From a virus (lineage: Duplodnaviria; Heunggongvirae; Uroviricota; Caudoviricetes), in the IMG/VR virus record IMGVR_UViG_3300049044_000033, positions 158,796 to 222,795 of that record: a DNA stretch of 64,000 nt. One strand, 5' to 3'. The translations under genes were made by a program, and so were the position numbers. This document shows positions 18,615-26,641 of the stretch, in pieces. Within the stretch, counting starts at the first letter, position 1. Every line of letters starts with the position of its first letter. The notes below the pieces were generated by a model. That model was not told the origin of the DNA, searched no databases, and saw only the letters and a list, made by a program, of their open reading frames with translations.

Positions 18615-18675
18615 GAGGGCTAGTTGGTGACCTGGGGGTTCATCATAGCAAGATAACCCAGGACGTCCGGCCCTC
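18615..18675 (-). repeat. Clamp element with a ~15-nt non-tRNA insert
   Basis: GAGGGC-CGGACGT-CCTGGG-TTATC [TTGCTATGATGAACC] CCCAGG-TCACCAACTA-GCCCTC. Confidence 0.8.
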
Positions 18676-18699
18676 GTATTCTGTTTAGCAAGAGGACTT

Positions 18700-18942
18700 C
18701 TAGGCGTCAAGCCCTTTAGGCTGAACCCCTACAACTAAGTCCAAATAATCCAACGCAGCTTTGACGGTCATTCCCAAGCCCCGTAGCTTGGCAAAGACAT
18801 CTGCTTCGCTGATCAAGGATGATCTATAGAGGTCAATTAACGTGACGATGCTGTATCGTTGACCAATTGGAAACTGGACATCGTCGATTGAATCAGTATC
18901 AGAGCTTTTTGGCTTATAATGGATCATTGCCGTGCCTCGCAC
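18700..18942 (-). CDS. Hypothetical protein
   Basis: Resembles the neighbour 18924..19139 (LRGLGMTVKAALDYL versus LHGLEFSLPAAQAYI). Confidence 0.5.
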   Translation of the reverse strand: MRGTAMIHYKPKSSDTDSIDDVQFPIGQRYSIVTLIDLYRSSLISEADVFAKLRGLGMTVKAALDYLDLVVGVQPKGLDA

Positions 18943-19139
18943 TGGACGGATCCAATATAGGCTTGCGCAGCTGGCAAGCTAAATTCAAGCCCGTGTAGGA
19001 CTTGAAGCAGAGATAGTCTATCGCCATTGGTCTTATAGGACTCAGTGGCTCGATCTAGAACGTGTCTTTTAACTGACGCAATTCTACTTTGCGCGAAACT
19101 AGTCTGCATGTCTACTCCCCTCCAAAGGAAGACTTGCAA
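18924..19139 (-). CDS. Hypothetical protein
   Basis: Possible paralog of 18700..18942. Confidence 0.5.
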   Translation of the reverse strand: MQVFLWRGVDMQTSFAQSRIASVKRHVLDRATESYKTNGDRLSLLQVLHGLEFSLPAAQAYIGSVQCEARQ

Positions 19140-19233
19140 CCCTGCGGGACTATTTTAGTCCTCGCAGTGCGTATAACATTACACGAGCAGTTTATCTACG
19201 TTAATTTTACGTTAATATCCAAATACTTGTCTT

Positions 19234-19310
19234 TGGAGGCGGGAGTGGGATTTGAACCCACGACCTTCAGCTTATGAGGCTGACGAGCTACCAAACTGCT
19301 CTATCCCGCA
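19234..19310 (-). tRNA. tRNA-Met(CAT), initiator-like
   Basis: 1:72 mismatch, A11-U24, TCAGC-CTCATAA-GCTGA; CCA encoded. Confidence 0.88.
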
Positions 19311-19312
19311 AG

Positions 19313-19385
19313 TGCAACCCGTTGGAATCGAACCAACATCCTCGGCTTTTCAAACCGGTGCCTGAACCATCACGGCCAGAGTTGC
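19313..19385 (-). tRNA. tRNA-Phe(GAA)
   Basis: CCGGT-TTGAAAA-GCCGA. Confidence 0.85.
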
Positions 19386-19401
19386 ATGAGTTGGGAGAGG
19401 G

Positions 19402-19770
19402 TCACCCCTCTCCCTTTTCGAACTTTGCTTTCAGCTGTTCGTAGAGCTCTCGCTCTGCGTCTAACTTTGCTGCCTTCCTTCGGGCATTGGCCTGACGGCG
19501 CTTTTCCTGAGAAGCAGCTTGCTTGGCTCGTTGAACCTTGAGCTTTTCGAGCCTAGCATTATATTCATCGTCATTTTCCAGACGATTAACACCAAGTCGA
19601 ATAGTTATCGAACAATCGTCGTAATACCAGTCAGTCTCCACAAAAAGGGTTAAACCCTTGCCGTATTGCTCAACTAGCTCATCAATCCTATATAGCTGGT
19701 CTATTTCTAGATTTGCTATCTGATTGTTGATTTCGAGACGTTCTAGGTCCTTTTCTTTCAACAGTTCCAT
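19402..19770 (-). CDS. Hypothetical coiled-coil protein
   Basis: 122-aa charged helical ORF. Confidence 0.65.
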   Translation of the reverse strand: MELLKEKDLERLEINNQIANLEIDQLYRIDELVEQYGKGLTLFVETDWYYDDCSITIRLGVNRLENDDEYNARLEKLKVQRAKQAASQEKRRQANARRKAAKLDAERELYEQLKAKFEKGEG

Positions 19771-19821
19771 ACTTTCCTCCTTGCTAAAATCAATCCTTAG
19801 CTTGGAGGTATTCTGTAGTGT

Positions 19822-19897
19822 TGGAGGCCCCAGTGGGAATCGAACCCACGCAGATCCGCTTTGCAGGCGGTCACATTTCCCATTCTGTCATAGGGCC
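19822..19897 (-). tRNA. tRNA-Cys(GCA)
   Basis: CCGC-CTGCAAA-GCGG; U73, CCA encoded. Confidence 0.9.
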
Positions 19898-19907
19898 AAG
19901 GAACAGA

Positions 19908-20420
19908 TCAATAAAACGACACTAGCAACTTCTCACCAGTGACCCGCTTGTATAACCTGTCACACACCATAGTAGCAATCAGGTTATCAACTGTCAACAA
20001 CTTAAAAGGATGTTTGGGTTCCTTACCATCAACAAAGTGACCAACATCTCGAGTGCCACAATAGACAGTCTTGATGTTGTGTTCTCCTAACAGCTGGGAA
20101 CAGCTACAACCTTTACGGGATGACATATGTGGATCTTTGTCAGCATTAAGGCTACAAGGTTCCAAGGTCGTGATCATCACACAATCGTCGGGTATGGATC
20201 CATAAAGCTTGAGAGCCTTCTCGATACAATCACGTTCTGCGTGAGTCCAGAGGTTACCTTTACGGTAAGAATGTCCCCAAATAGGCGGACGTCCAGGAAT
20301 GATCAACCAGGCACCTACATGGCCTCTAGTTTGACGAAGGCCATAATGATATGTGTTTGGGTTAAGCATGATTGCCACATATGCTTCAACCAACTTTACC
20401 GTTACAAAGGTTACATTCAC
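19908..20420 (-). CDS. Cytidine/deoxycytidylate deaminase-family zinc enzyme
   Basis: WTHAERDC and TTLEPCS...CSC zinc motifs. Confidence 0.8.
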   Translation of the reverse strand: MNVTFVTVKLVEAYVAIMLNPNTYHYGLRQTRGHVGAWLIIPGRPPIWGHSYRKGNLWTHAERDCIEKALKLYGSIPDDCVMITTLEPCSLNADKDPHMSSRKGCSCSQLLGEHNIKTVYCGTRDVGHFVDGKEPKHPFKLLTVDNLIATMVCDRLYKRVTGEKLLVSFY

Positions 20421-20482
20421 CTATACGATCTCCTCTTGCTAGAAAAACACTAGCAGGAATGGAAGATTTCGCAACCAAATTT

Positions 20483-20558
20483 TGGAGCGGGTAGTGGGAA
20501 TCGAACCCACCTCATCAGCTTGGAAGGCTGAGGTAATCAACCAATATACGATACCCGC
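20483..20558 (-). tRNA. tRNA-Gly(TCC)
   Basis: TCAGC-CTTCCAA-GCTGA; U73, CCA encoded. Confidence 0.92.
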
Positions 20559-20587
20559 AAGTGAGGGGTATTTCACCCCTCAGGCAA

Positions 20588-21625
20588 TCACTTAATGATC
20601 GCCGAAATTGTTTTGCCTTCAGCAATGCCGGTCAGTGTTTCAATGAACCCGCCGATTGCACCACCATTGCCATTAATCAGCCCCATGACTTCATTGGCCG
20701 CATCGACCATTGAATTCTTAGCCAAGACATCTAGGTTTGCTATATTGAGCATCTCTTCTGCCTTAGTCAAAGCAGTCTTAGCAGAATTAACTGCCGAAGT
20801 TATCTGATTCACTGCAGATGCTGCCTGGTTGGCTACATTTGTTGCTTGACCCAAAGCAGATGCCGCAGCATTGACTTCACCTACAATAACATTCAGGGCT
20901 TCACCTGCTACGTTATCAGCTTGTGTTGCTTGCTCTAATGCCGCTGCTGTATTGTTCACAGTCTGCTGTAAGGAATCAATAATACTCTGTTCCGAACCAT
21001 TTGTGATAGCAGCCGCGAGGTTTGCTTCAGCTAGTGATTTAGCCGAGGCCGCATCATTCTTTGCCGCTGCGGTAAGAGCCTTAGCAGCTTCCTTCTTGAC
21101 CTTCTCGTCAAGCTTAATGGCATGGACTGCTGCCTTCACCGTCTTGGCTTCATCAGCAATTTTCTGCTCTGCTAATTTAGTGGCTTGTTGGGCAACTTTA
21201 CCTGCATGGTCAGCCAGCTTTGTTGCTTGATCCGCAATAGCATTCGCTTGGGCCGCTACTGAGGCTACTTGTGCCGTCACAGCATCTTCCAATGACTGAG
21301 CGGCGTTGCCAATCATGTTAGCAACCTGAGATTGTAGGCTACCAGCTAGATTCCCAAGTAAGCCAGAGGTATCAAGATGCTGGAGTGACTTGAATGTGTT
21401 ATAGCCGGGAATCATACCCATTAGCTTCTTGAGCATTGTCTGCCCAACTGAACTAAAGTTATAAGTCCTCAAAGAGGCGGCAACGCTTCCCACTGTTACG
21501 GGATTTGCGGCCAGACCAGCTACTAACTGAGAAACGCCAGCATACTGGGCAATAAGGTCGTCATCGACCCTATCTAGACGGGCATGAATTGCCTGCAACT
21601 GAGTGTTGAGATTATTGTCTGCCAT
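20588..21625 (-). CDS. Ala-rich coiled-coil protein
   Basis: 345 aa, long Ala/Gln/Lys helical repeats. Confidence 0.75.
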   Translation of the reverse strand: MADNNLNTQLQAIHARLDRVDDDLIAQYAGVSQLVAGLAANPVTVGSVAASLRTYNFSSVGQTMLKKLMGMIPGYNTFKSLQHLDTSGLLGNLAGSLQSQVANMIGNAAQSLEDAVTAQVASVAAQANAIADQATKLADHAGKVAQQATKLAEQKIADEAKTVKAAVHAIKLDEKVKKEAAKALTAAAKNDAASAKSLAEANLAAAITNGSEQSIIDSLQQTVNNTAAALEQATQADNVAGEALNVIVGEVNAAASALGQATNVANQAASAVNQITSAVNSAKTALTKAEEMLNIANLDVLAKNSMVDAANEVMGLINGNGGAIGGFIETLTGIAEGKTISAIIK

Positions 21626-21773
21626 ATCATCCTCTTATGTTTTATTTTTAGGATAATAACAAAACTGGCAACCAGTTGTCTATATGAGAAACACTTGCCC
21701 GACCCCTGCCTCGGCTCTTCCACCCCACAGGGTGACTGTTTTACCTAACTACTAAACTAATCAAATGTTTCAG

Positions 21774-21846
21774 AGCGGGTAGCGGGAATCGAACCCGCCT
21801 CAGTGACATGGCAAGCCACTGTAATCAACCAATATACTATACCCGC
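21774..21846 (-). tRNA. tRNA-Gly(GCC)
   Basis: GTGGC-TTGCCAT-GTCAC. Confidence 0.9.
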
Positions 21847-21973
21847 ATTTTATATGCGTGTCTCATTTGTACCAATTCTTGATTGGTAACTACATGCACT
21901 TTCACATCTGGTATATAGACCATGAACCATGCTGCGCTAATGAGAAACTGGTTCATAGATACTCCAAATGTTT

Positions 21974-22252
21974 AGTCTTGAGGTCCGTAGCCGCGATCCT
22001 GTTCTATGCTACAATCTACCTACCGGGATACCTTCCCAGTGCCTCGCCATTACGCGATGGAGACTTACTGCCTCCTGGCTGCACCAACCCGTTCCTATAA
22101 CTGGAGAATTGCCAGGAACTGTTTGGCTTGCTGGCTTAATCACGGTGGTCTCTTCCCTTACGGACAGCTATGCCGCCTCCCACTCGTTCTCCACGCCAGT
22201 CGCGAACTTCCTCAAAGCCTTTCGACCCTGCTGTAGCTCGACCTGCAAGACT
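21974..22252 (-). ncRNA. rnpB: RNase P RNA (compact)
   Basis: P1 AGTCTTG..AGGTC/GACCTCAAGACT; P2 GCTACA/TGTAGC; CR-I GAGGAAGTTCGCGA pairs with CR-V AACAGGATCGCGGCTA; GGTAGATTG CR-IV-like. Confidence 0.85.
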
Positions 22253-22254
22253 AG

Positions 22255-22325
22255 TAGGCCCTAAGTGAATCGAACACTTGTCAATCCCTAATCAGGGGAC
22301 CGCATTACCACTATGCTAAGAGCCT
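22255..22325 (-). tRNA. tRNA-Ile(GAT)
   Basis: GTCCC-CTGATTA-GGGAT. Confidence 0.85.
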
Positions 22326-22343
22326 ATATAGACGTTATGTCTG

Positions 22344-22415
22344 AGCGGGCAATGGGGCTCGAACCCACGACATCTTCGTTGGCAACGAAGTGCTCTACCA
22401 CTGAGCTATGCCCGC
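22344..22415 (-). tRNA. tRNA-Gly(GCC)
   Basis: CTTCG-TTGCCAA-CGAAG. Confidence 0.93.
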
Positions 22416-22460
22416 ATTGTTTGTTCACTATAAAGGAACAATTATTGGAAATCAATATTC

Positions 22461-22538
22461 TGGGGTGACCGGCGGGAATTGAACCCAGCACCTTCGGCTT
22501 CACAGGCCGCTATCCAGAACCGCTAGACCACGGTCACC
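22461..22538 (-). tRNA. tRNA-His(GTG) with G-1:C73
   Basis: GCGGC-CTGTGAA-GCCGA; CCCCA end. Confidence 0.88.
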
Positions 22539-22543
22539 ATGAC

Positions 22544-22951
22544 TCACATGGGATCACCCGTGCGAGCATTTACGATCTTTGCCCCTGCGAAGACCGCTAC
22601 AGCGCCACTCTCTCCGCCTTGGAAGTAGGCATCGTAGCCTTGCTTCTGGAGCTCATTGAAGAAGGGAGGCAGCTTATCCATCTCTCCATAATATTCATCA
22701 ATCTCTTCATCACTGGGATAGTAGGGATTATGAACATCAATGTAGCAGGGATAGATTATCGCATCTGCGCCATAGATCCTCTTGCCCCACGTAGGGAGAT
22801 CCGAGAACCACAGCCCGGCAGCTGAACGTTTGAAGGTTGTGATCCCCTCCACGTTACTGCCGTGATACATTACATCCTTGAACTTGGATGCAGGAAAAGG
22901 GTTTGTGATAAAACCCTCAGATTCGTCTATGATGTCTTGCCAGCGCATCAC
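22544..22951 (-). CDS. ADP-ribosyltransferase-fold-like protein
   Basis: VMYHGS...GLWFSD...YG...IYPCYIDVHNPY pattern; ATAAATA upstream. Confidence 0.55.
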   Translation of the reverse strand: MMRWQDIIDESEGFITNPFPASKFKDVMYHGSNVEGITTFKRSAAGLWFSDLPTWGKRIYGADAIIYPCYIDVHNPYYPSDEEIDEYYGEMDKLPPFFNELQKQGYDAYFQGGESGAVAVFAGAKIVNARTGDPM

Positions 22952-22962
22952 ATATTTATCAG

Positions 22963-23055
22963 TGGACTTGTGGGGAATCGAACCCCAATCAATCGCCGTT
23001 ACCCCTTACCCTCATTGACCTTTCTGCAAGGCGATTACATCGAGGGGTCAAGCCC
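22963..23055 (-). ncRNA. tmRNA/tRNA-Ala-like mini RNA
   Basis: Acceptor GGGCTTG/CAAGTCC with G3:U70 and A73; stemless D loop with TCGA; AATCGCC/GGCGATT stem; T arm. Confidence 0.6.
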
Positions 23056-23056
23056 G

Positions 23057-23260
23057 TTATATTTCTATAGTAAGGAACCACACAAATAAACCAGTAGCTG
23101 CTAACCATATAAGAATAGTCGCATACCTAATCAGGTGTAATGGTGTGATACCCTTGGATTCCTGTTGGACTCCTGGAATGGTTGCGATCAAAGACATGCC
23201 TGCGATAGCGCAAAAAGGCATATACAAAAATATTGTTACTAAGATCTTAATACCAATCAT
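23057..23260 (-). CDS. Small membrane protein
   Basis: Two TM segments. Confidence 0.5.
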   Translation of the reverse strand: MIGIKILVTIFLYMPFCAIAGMSLIATIPGVQQESKGITPLHLIRYATILIWLAATGLFVWFLTIEI

Positions 23261-23295
23261 ATTCCAATATTATAGGAATATGCCCAATTGTCAAG

Positions 23296-23367
23296 CGACC
23301 TGTAAGGGAATCGAACCCTCCTCGTTCCGTAGACAGCGGAATCGCCTCACCAGATGCGTAACAGGCC
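23296..23367 (-). tRNA. tRNA-Asp(GTC)
   Basis: TTCCG-CTGTCTA-CGGAA; G73. Confidence 0.9.
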
Positions 23368-23375
23368 ATAGTCGG

Positions 23376-23448
23376 TGGAGAATAGGGGACTCGAACCCCT
23401 CACCTTTTGTCTGCCAGACAAACGCTCTCCCAGATGAGCTAATTCCCC
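23376..23448 (-). tRNA. tRNA-Ala(GGC)
   Basis: TTTGT-CTGGCAG-ACAAA; G3:U70. Confidence 0.92.
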
Positions 23449-23531
23449 AAGGCGTAGCAATTAAACAAGTCATCCTCACGGGTAGACTTATCTCTGTAGA
23501 CAGAGATCAGCCAATATTCAATTGCTACTGG

Positions 23532-23602
23532 ATGCCCCTCGAGGGATCGAACCTCGGTTACAACATTCAAAGTGTCGTGTCTTACCATTAGACGAAGGGG
23601 CA
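23532..23602 (-). tRNA. tRNA-Gln(TTG)
   Basis: CGACA-CTTTGAA-TGTTG. Confidence 0.9.
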
Positions 23603-23603
23603 A

Positions 23604-23691
23604 TGGAGGAGAGCATGGTAGTCGAAACCAAAGGCTTTCGCCTCCAATCCGTTTCCAGCGGATGGCAAGTGACCTGCTTGCGTTACTCTCC
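23604..23691 (-). tRNA. tRNA-Ser(GGA)
   Basis: ATCCG-CTGGAAA-CGGAT; long arm; T53-A61. Confidence 0.82.
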
Positions 23692-23779
23692 ATGTTGATG
23701 GTCCGACATATGCAACCATCTGCTGTCTGTTTCATGACAGGCTTTAACCTACTGACCCGAGGGAGTTCGGACGTTTAGG

Positions 23780-23865
23780 AGGAAGGCTGCGTAGTCGAAA
23801 CGCAAGGATTGGTTACCTCATCCGGAGTTCGAAACCGGTGTGGCACCCTGGCCACTTAACCTTCC
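23780..23865 (-). tRNA. tRNA-Ser(CGA)
   Basis: CCGGT-TTCGAAC-TCCGG; long arm; T53-A61. Confidence 0.78.
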
Positions 23866-23891
23866 ATTCGGGATGACGAACCATCCTTTAG

Positions 23892-23964
23892 TGTTTGGAG
23901 CAGGAATCGAACCCACATCAACCAAGCTTCACGCGAGGCGCCTAACCATTCAGTCCATCCAAAC
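23892..23964 (-). tRNA. Atypical tRNA (loop CGTGAAG)
   Basis: Acceptor GTTTGGA/TCCAAAC; same odd anticodon loop as 10533..10607. Confidence 0.55.
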
Positions 23965-23970
23965 ATAAGT

Positions 23971-24039
23971 GACCTGAGCAAGTAAATGCGGCGAGGGGTG
24001 AATCGTAAAAGGATAACCCTCAATGCTTCGGCTCAGGTC
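23971..24039 (-). repeat. Clamp element with a ~14-nt non-tRNA insert
   Basis: GACCTGAGC-CGAAGCATT-GAGGG-TTATC [CTTTTACGATTCAC] CCCTC-GCCGCATTTACTT-GCTCAGGTC. Confidence 0.82.
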
Positions 24040-24043
24040 TCAG

Positions 24044-24072
24044 CTGGGGAACCAGGATTCGAACCTAGATCA
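24044..24072 (-). pseudogene. Orphan tRNA 3' fragment (T arm plus acceptor strand TTCCCCA-G)
   Basis: CTAGG-TTCGAAT-CCTGG-TTCCCCA-G; could partner the 5' half at 24961-24995. Confidence 0.55.
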
Positions 24073-24318
24073 CTCCTCTAAGTTACTTGAATCATCAAGT
24101 TTCTTAGTAGCTTCCTCAATTTGTTTCTTAAATGATTTAAGAAGAGAGTCGCCTAATTTCTTGGCCTCTGGAAGATTTGACCACTTCTTTTGCCAGTCTT
24201 TAACTTTCTTCTCTACTTCGTCGTAAATCCGAGTGCCGTTGATCTTTTCAAGTTCTTTAGTAGCTTTTGCTAGATTCTCTAAATGTTTGATTAGATCATC
24301 CATACCCTTAACTGACAT
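24070..24318 (-). CDS. Hypothetical Lys/Glu-rich protein
   Basis: SD GGGAG; 82 aa. Confidence 0.55.
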   Translation of the reverse strand: MSVKGMDDLIKHLENLAKATKELEKINGTRIYDEVEKKVKDWQKKWSNLPEAKKLGDSLLKSFKKQIEEATKKLDDSSNLEE

Positions 24319-24364
24319 TACTTTCTCCCTTTATTTTTAAGGAGTTTAGCAAGAAAGTAAGGAT

Positions 24365-24949
24365 CTAGCCAATAAAAGATTTAGCCTTTTCAATCCAATT
24401 CTTAGAATTCAAGCATACCTCTTTCCAAGGCATACGCAGAACTTTCCAACCGGATTGTTCTAATAAGACATTTTTAGCAATGTCTCGAGCTTTCTGAATT
24501 TCACAGCGTTGATGCTGCTCGCCGTCAATCTCAATACAAAGCTTGATATCAGGCCAAGCAAAATCCAAGCTAAAGCGCCCAAATGGCATTTCTCGGATAT
24601 AAGACTTATTATCAAATTCGTTTTCTATGACCTGAATAAACCACTTTTCAGGGTAGCTAGGCTCATTGTTCCATCGGCTTTTACCAATATTCCAAGCCCG
24701 ACCTTCTTCATGAGCAACTTTCATACTCTCAGAGATCTTAGTCTTAATATCGTCAGTCATTTTGCCAATATTTGGATTCTTAGCACGGGCTATCTTTACA
24801 CCTGCGCCGGCAGAACGAGCTACAAATTTCTGAGCCTTTTGAGCTTTGAAAATTGTAGCACTCGACATTCCGAATTTAATCCGAACCTCAGCTAAACTGT
24901 GACCCTGGTCATAAAACTTTTGAATATCTTCCCAACAATATTTGCTCAT
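24365..24949 (-). CDS. DUF559/Vsr-like PD-(D/E)xK endonuclease (putative homing endonuclease)
   Basis: REMPFGRFSLDFAWPDIKLCIEIDGEQH...RD...GWKVLR; start re-assigned to MSKYCW. Confidence 0.85.
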   Translation of the reverse strand: MSKYCWEDIQKFYDQGHSLAEVRIKFGMSSATIFKAQKAQKFVARSAGAGVKIARAKNPNIGKMTDDIKTKISESMKVAHEEGRAWNIGKSRWNNEPSYPEKWFIQVIENEFDNKSYIREMPFGRFSLDFAWPDIKLCIEIDGEQHQRCEIQKARDIAKNVLLEQSGWKVLRMPWKEVCLNSKNWIEKAKSFIG

Positions 24950-24960
24950 GCCATATTTAG

Positions 24961-24995
24961 CACAGCCGGCTCTCTTACCGCTAGAGGATACCCCA
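24961..24995 (-). pseudogene. Orphan tRNA 5' half
   Basis: TGGGGTA-TC-CTC-TAGCGGTAA-GAG-A-GCCGG-CT-GTG then TAAATA and the endonuclease start. Confidence 0.65.
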
Positions 24996-25000
24996 ATGTT

Positions 25001-25095
25001 GACGAGCAAGTTTAAGCTAAGGGGTGTGGATTCGAAACCACTGCTCAGAGTGTTAGTCTAAGTTTTAACCGATAACCCTTAACATTCGGCTCATC
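25001..25095 (-). repeat. Clamp element with a ~46-nt insert containing a T-loop-like hairpin
   Basis: GATGAGC-CGAATGTT-AAGGG-TTATC [..GTGG-TTTCGAAT-CCAC..] CCCTT-AGCTTAAACTT-GCTCGTC. Confidence 0.8.
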
Positions 25096-25215
25096 TGCTG
25101 TCTATGATGGAATCGAACCATCTTCCTTTCCATCACTCCCTTGTCGTCCACGTTACCAGGGAATCGAACCCTGCAAGGTTATCGGATCGCTCTTCCAATG
25201 AGCTAATAGACAATA

Positions 25216-25290
25216 TGGCTCCTGAGGAGGGACTCGAACCCCCAACTCTCTCGTTAACAGCGAGGCACTCTACCATTGAGTTACTCAGGA
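25216..25290 (-). tRNA. tRNA-Asn(GTT)
   Basis: CTCG-CTGTTAA-CGAG; G73, CCA encoded. Confidence 0.93.
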
Positions 25291-25291
25291 A

Positions 25292-25363
25292 TGGCACTCT
25301 CGAGAGGACTCGAACCTCCTCACTGGCGTTCGTAGCGCCGGGTCCCATCCAGTGGGCAAGAGT
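25292..25363 (-). tRNA. tRNA-Arg(ACG), shortened D arm
   Basis: GGCG-CTACGAA-CGCC; CCA encoded. Confidence 0.82.
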
Positions 25364-25376
25364 ATGAAAGTATCAG

Positions 25377-25449
25377 TGAGCGCCGTGGGGATTGAACCCA
25401 CCTAGTTCTGCTTGTAAAACAGATGTCATCACCAGATGGCTAGACGCCC
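25377..25449 (-). tRNA. tRNA-Val(TAC)
   Basis: TCTGT-TTTACAA-GCAGA. Confidence 0.85.
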
Positions 25450-25455
25450 ATATGT

Positions 25456-25530
25456 TGGTACCTGATGACGGGATCGAACCGCCGGCCGCTCCCGTGTAAA
25501 GGGAATGCTCTACCGCTGAGCTAATCAGGC
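25456..25530 (-). tRNA. tRNA-Val(TAC)
   Basis: TTCCC-TTTACAC-GGGAG; CCA encoded. Confidence 0.93.
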
Positions 25531-25554
25531 ATGTGACCTATATCTATTAGGTCT

Positions 25555-25637
25555 TGGTGGGAAGTTGCAGAGTCGAACTGCGCGCCGAAGCCGGTGGGTT
25601 ACAGCCACCTTACCCCGTCCCGGGGCTGAAACTTCCC
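25555..25637 (-). tRNA. tRNA-Tyr(GTA)
   Basis: GGTGG-CTGTAAC-CCACC; long arm; CCA encoded. Confidence 0.85.
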
Positions 25638-25680
25638 ATGTTCTCTTTATAGAGGAACAAGACATCAAAGTCATTATTCG

Positions 25681-25751
25681 TAGCCCCACCGGGGCTCGAA
25701 CCCGGTTTACCGCCTTGAAAGGGCAGCAGCTTACCCATAGAAGATGGGGCC
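25681..25751 (-). tRNA. tRNA-Glu(TTC)
   Basis: CTGCC-CTTTCAA-GGCGG. Confidence 0.85.
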
Positions 25752-25770
25752 ATGGTGCTGTCTAACAGCT

Positions 25771-25848
25771 TGGTGGACGATACAGGGCTCGAACCTGTGA
25801 AACCTCTTCCATGTCAAGGAAGCGCTCTACCAACTGAGCTAATCGTCC
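25771..25848 (-). tRNA. tRNA-Val(GAC)
   Basis: CTTCC-TTGACAT-GGAAG; CCA encoded. Confidence 0.93.
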
Positions 25849-25851
25849 ATG

Positions 25852-26526
25852 TTATTCCCAAAATCGAGGTTGGGATACCTTTTCTTCGAGAATCTTCCCA
25901 TTGCTGTCGAGACCACGCTTACCATGAGATTTATAAATCTCATTAACTGCGGCCTTGATCCTCAGCCTAGGAAAGTCCTTGATAAACAGAGTAAGTTCAT
26001 ACCGGAGATGATCATCTCTGCCGCCACCGCTGCCAGTGTTGATACCAATACATCTTAGGTGATCAGTTTCAACAAGGCGATTAGCCTTTAGCTTGCCCTT
26101 AGGGAAGAGATGAATTTTACCCCTCCATCCAGCTTCAGCAACGTGTGGATTATCTTTAGACCAACCAGTATGCTTTTGACCAAGAGGCGCAGCATGGGTT
26201 GTAGAACATTTGTGATCAAAAAGCAGAGGATCAATCACAAACACTACCCGATCTTCCTCTGTGGGAATATAGGGCTTCCTAGTTGGGAAATGAGGGCCGA
26301 AGTGAAGAGCAATCTTTACATAATGCTCTGTCAACCAAGCAGCAATCTCATCCGTTGTTCCCAATTGATAAAGGGGAGCCACGAACTCATCGAACTTAGC
26401 AGCAAGGCGGGCCTTCTCGCGTTTGAACTTCTGTTCGGTACGGACCGACCTGAGGTGCTTGCGATATGCTGCTGGATCTTCAAACAGCTTGCCAGTCCAG
26501 GGACACTTATCAACGGTGACTTTCAT
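25852..26526 (-). CDS. Hypothetical protein
   Basis: 224-aa ORF; N-terminal CPWTGKLF. Confidence 0.7.
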   Translation of the reverse strand: MKVTVDKCPWTGKLFEDPAAYRKHLRSVRTEQKFKREKARLAAKFDEFVAPLYQLGTTDEIAAWLTEHYVKIALHFGPHFPTRKPYIPTEEDRVVFVIDPLLFDHKCSTTHAAPLGQKHTGWSKDNPHVAEAGWRGKIHLFPKGKLKANRLVETDHLRCIGINTGSGGGRDDHLRYELTLFIKDFPRLRIKAAVNEIYKSHGKRGLDSNGKILEEKVSQPRFWE

Positions 26527-26565
26527 GCCACCCTAATAGCAGTCTAGTATCCAGTGTCAAGCATG

Positions 26566-26639
26566 TTGCGGGTATGAGAATCGAACTCATCTACGTGGCT
26601 TATGAGACCAGGCTGGAACCACCTCCAGTCGAACCCGCG
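26566..26639 (-). tRNA. tRNA-Met(CAT), initiator-like
   Basis: C1:A72 mismatch; TGGT-CTCATAA-GCCA. Confidence 0.75.
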
Positions 26640-26641
26640 AG

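Noticed and set aside
21691..21700. ACACTTGCCC trailer-like motif on the plus strand
   Set aside because: No partner GGGTTATC leader or pairing outer stem
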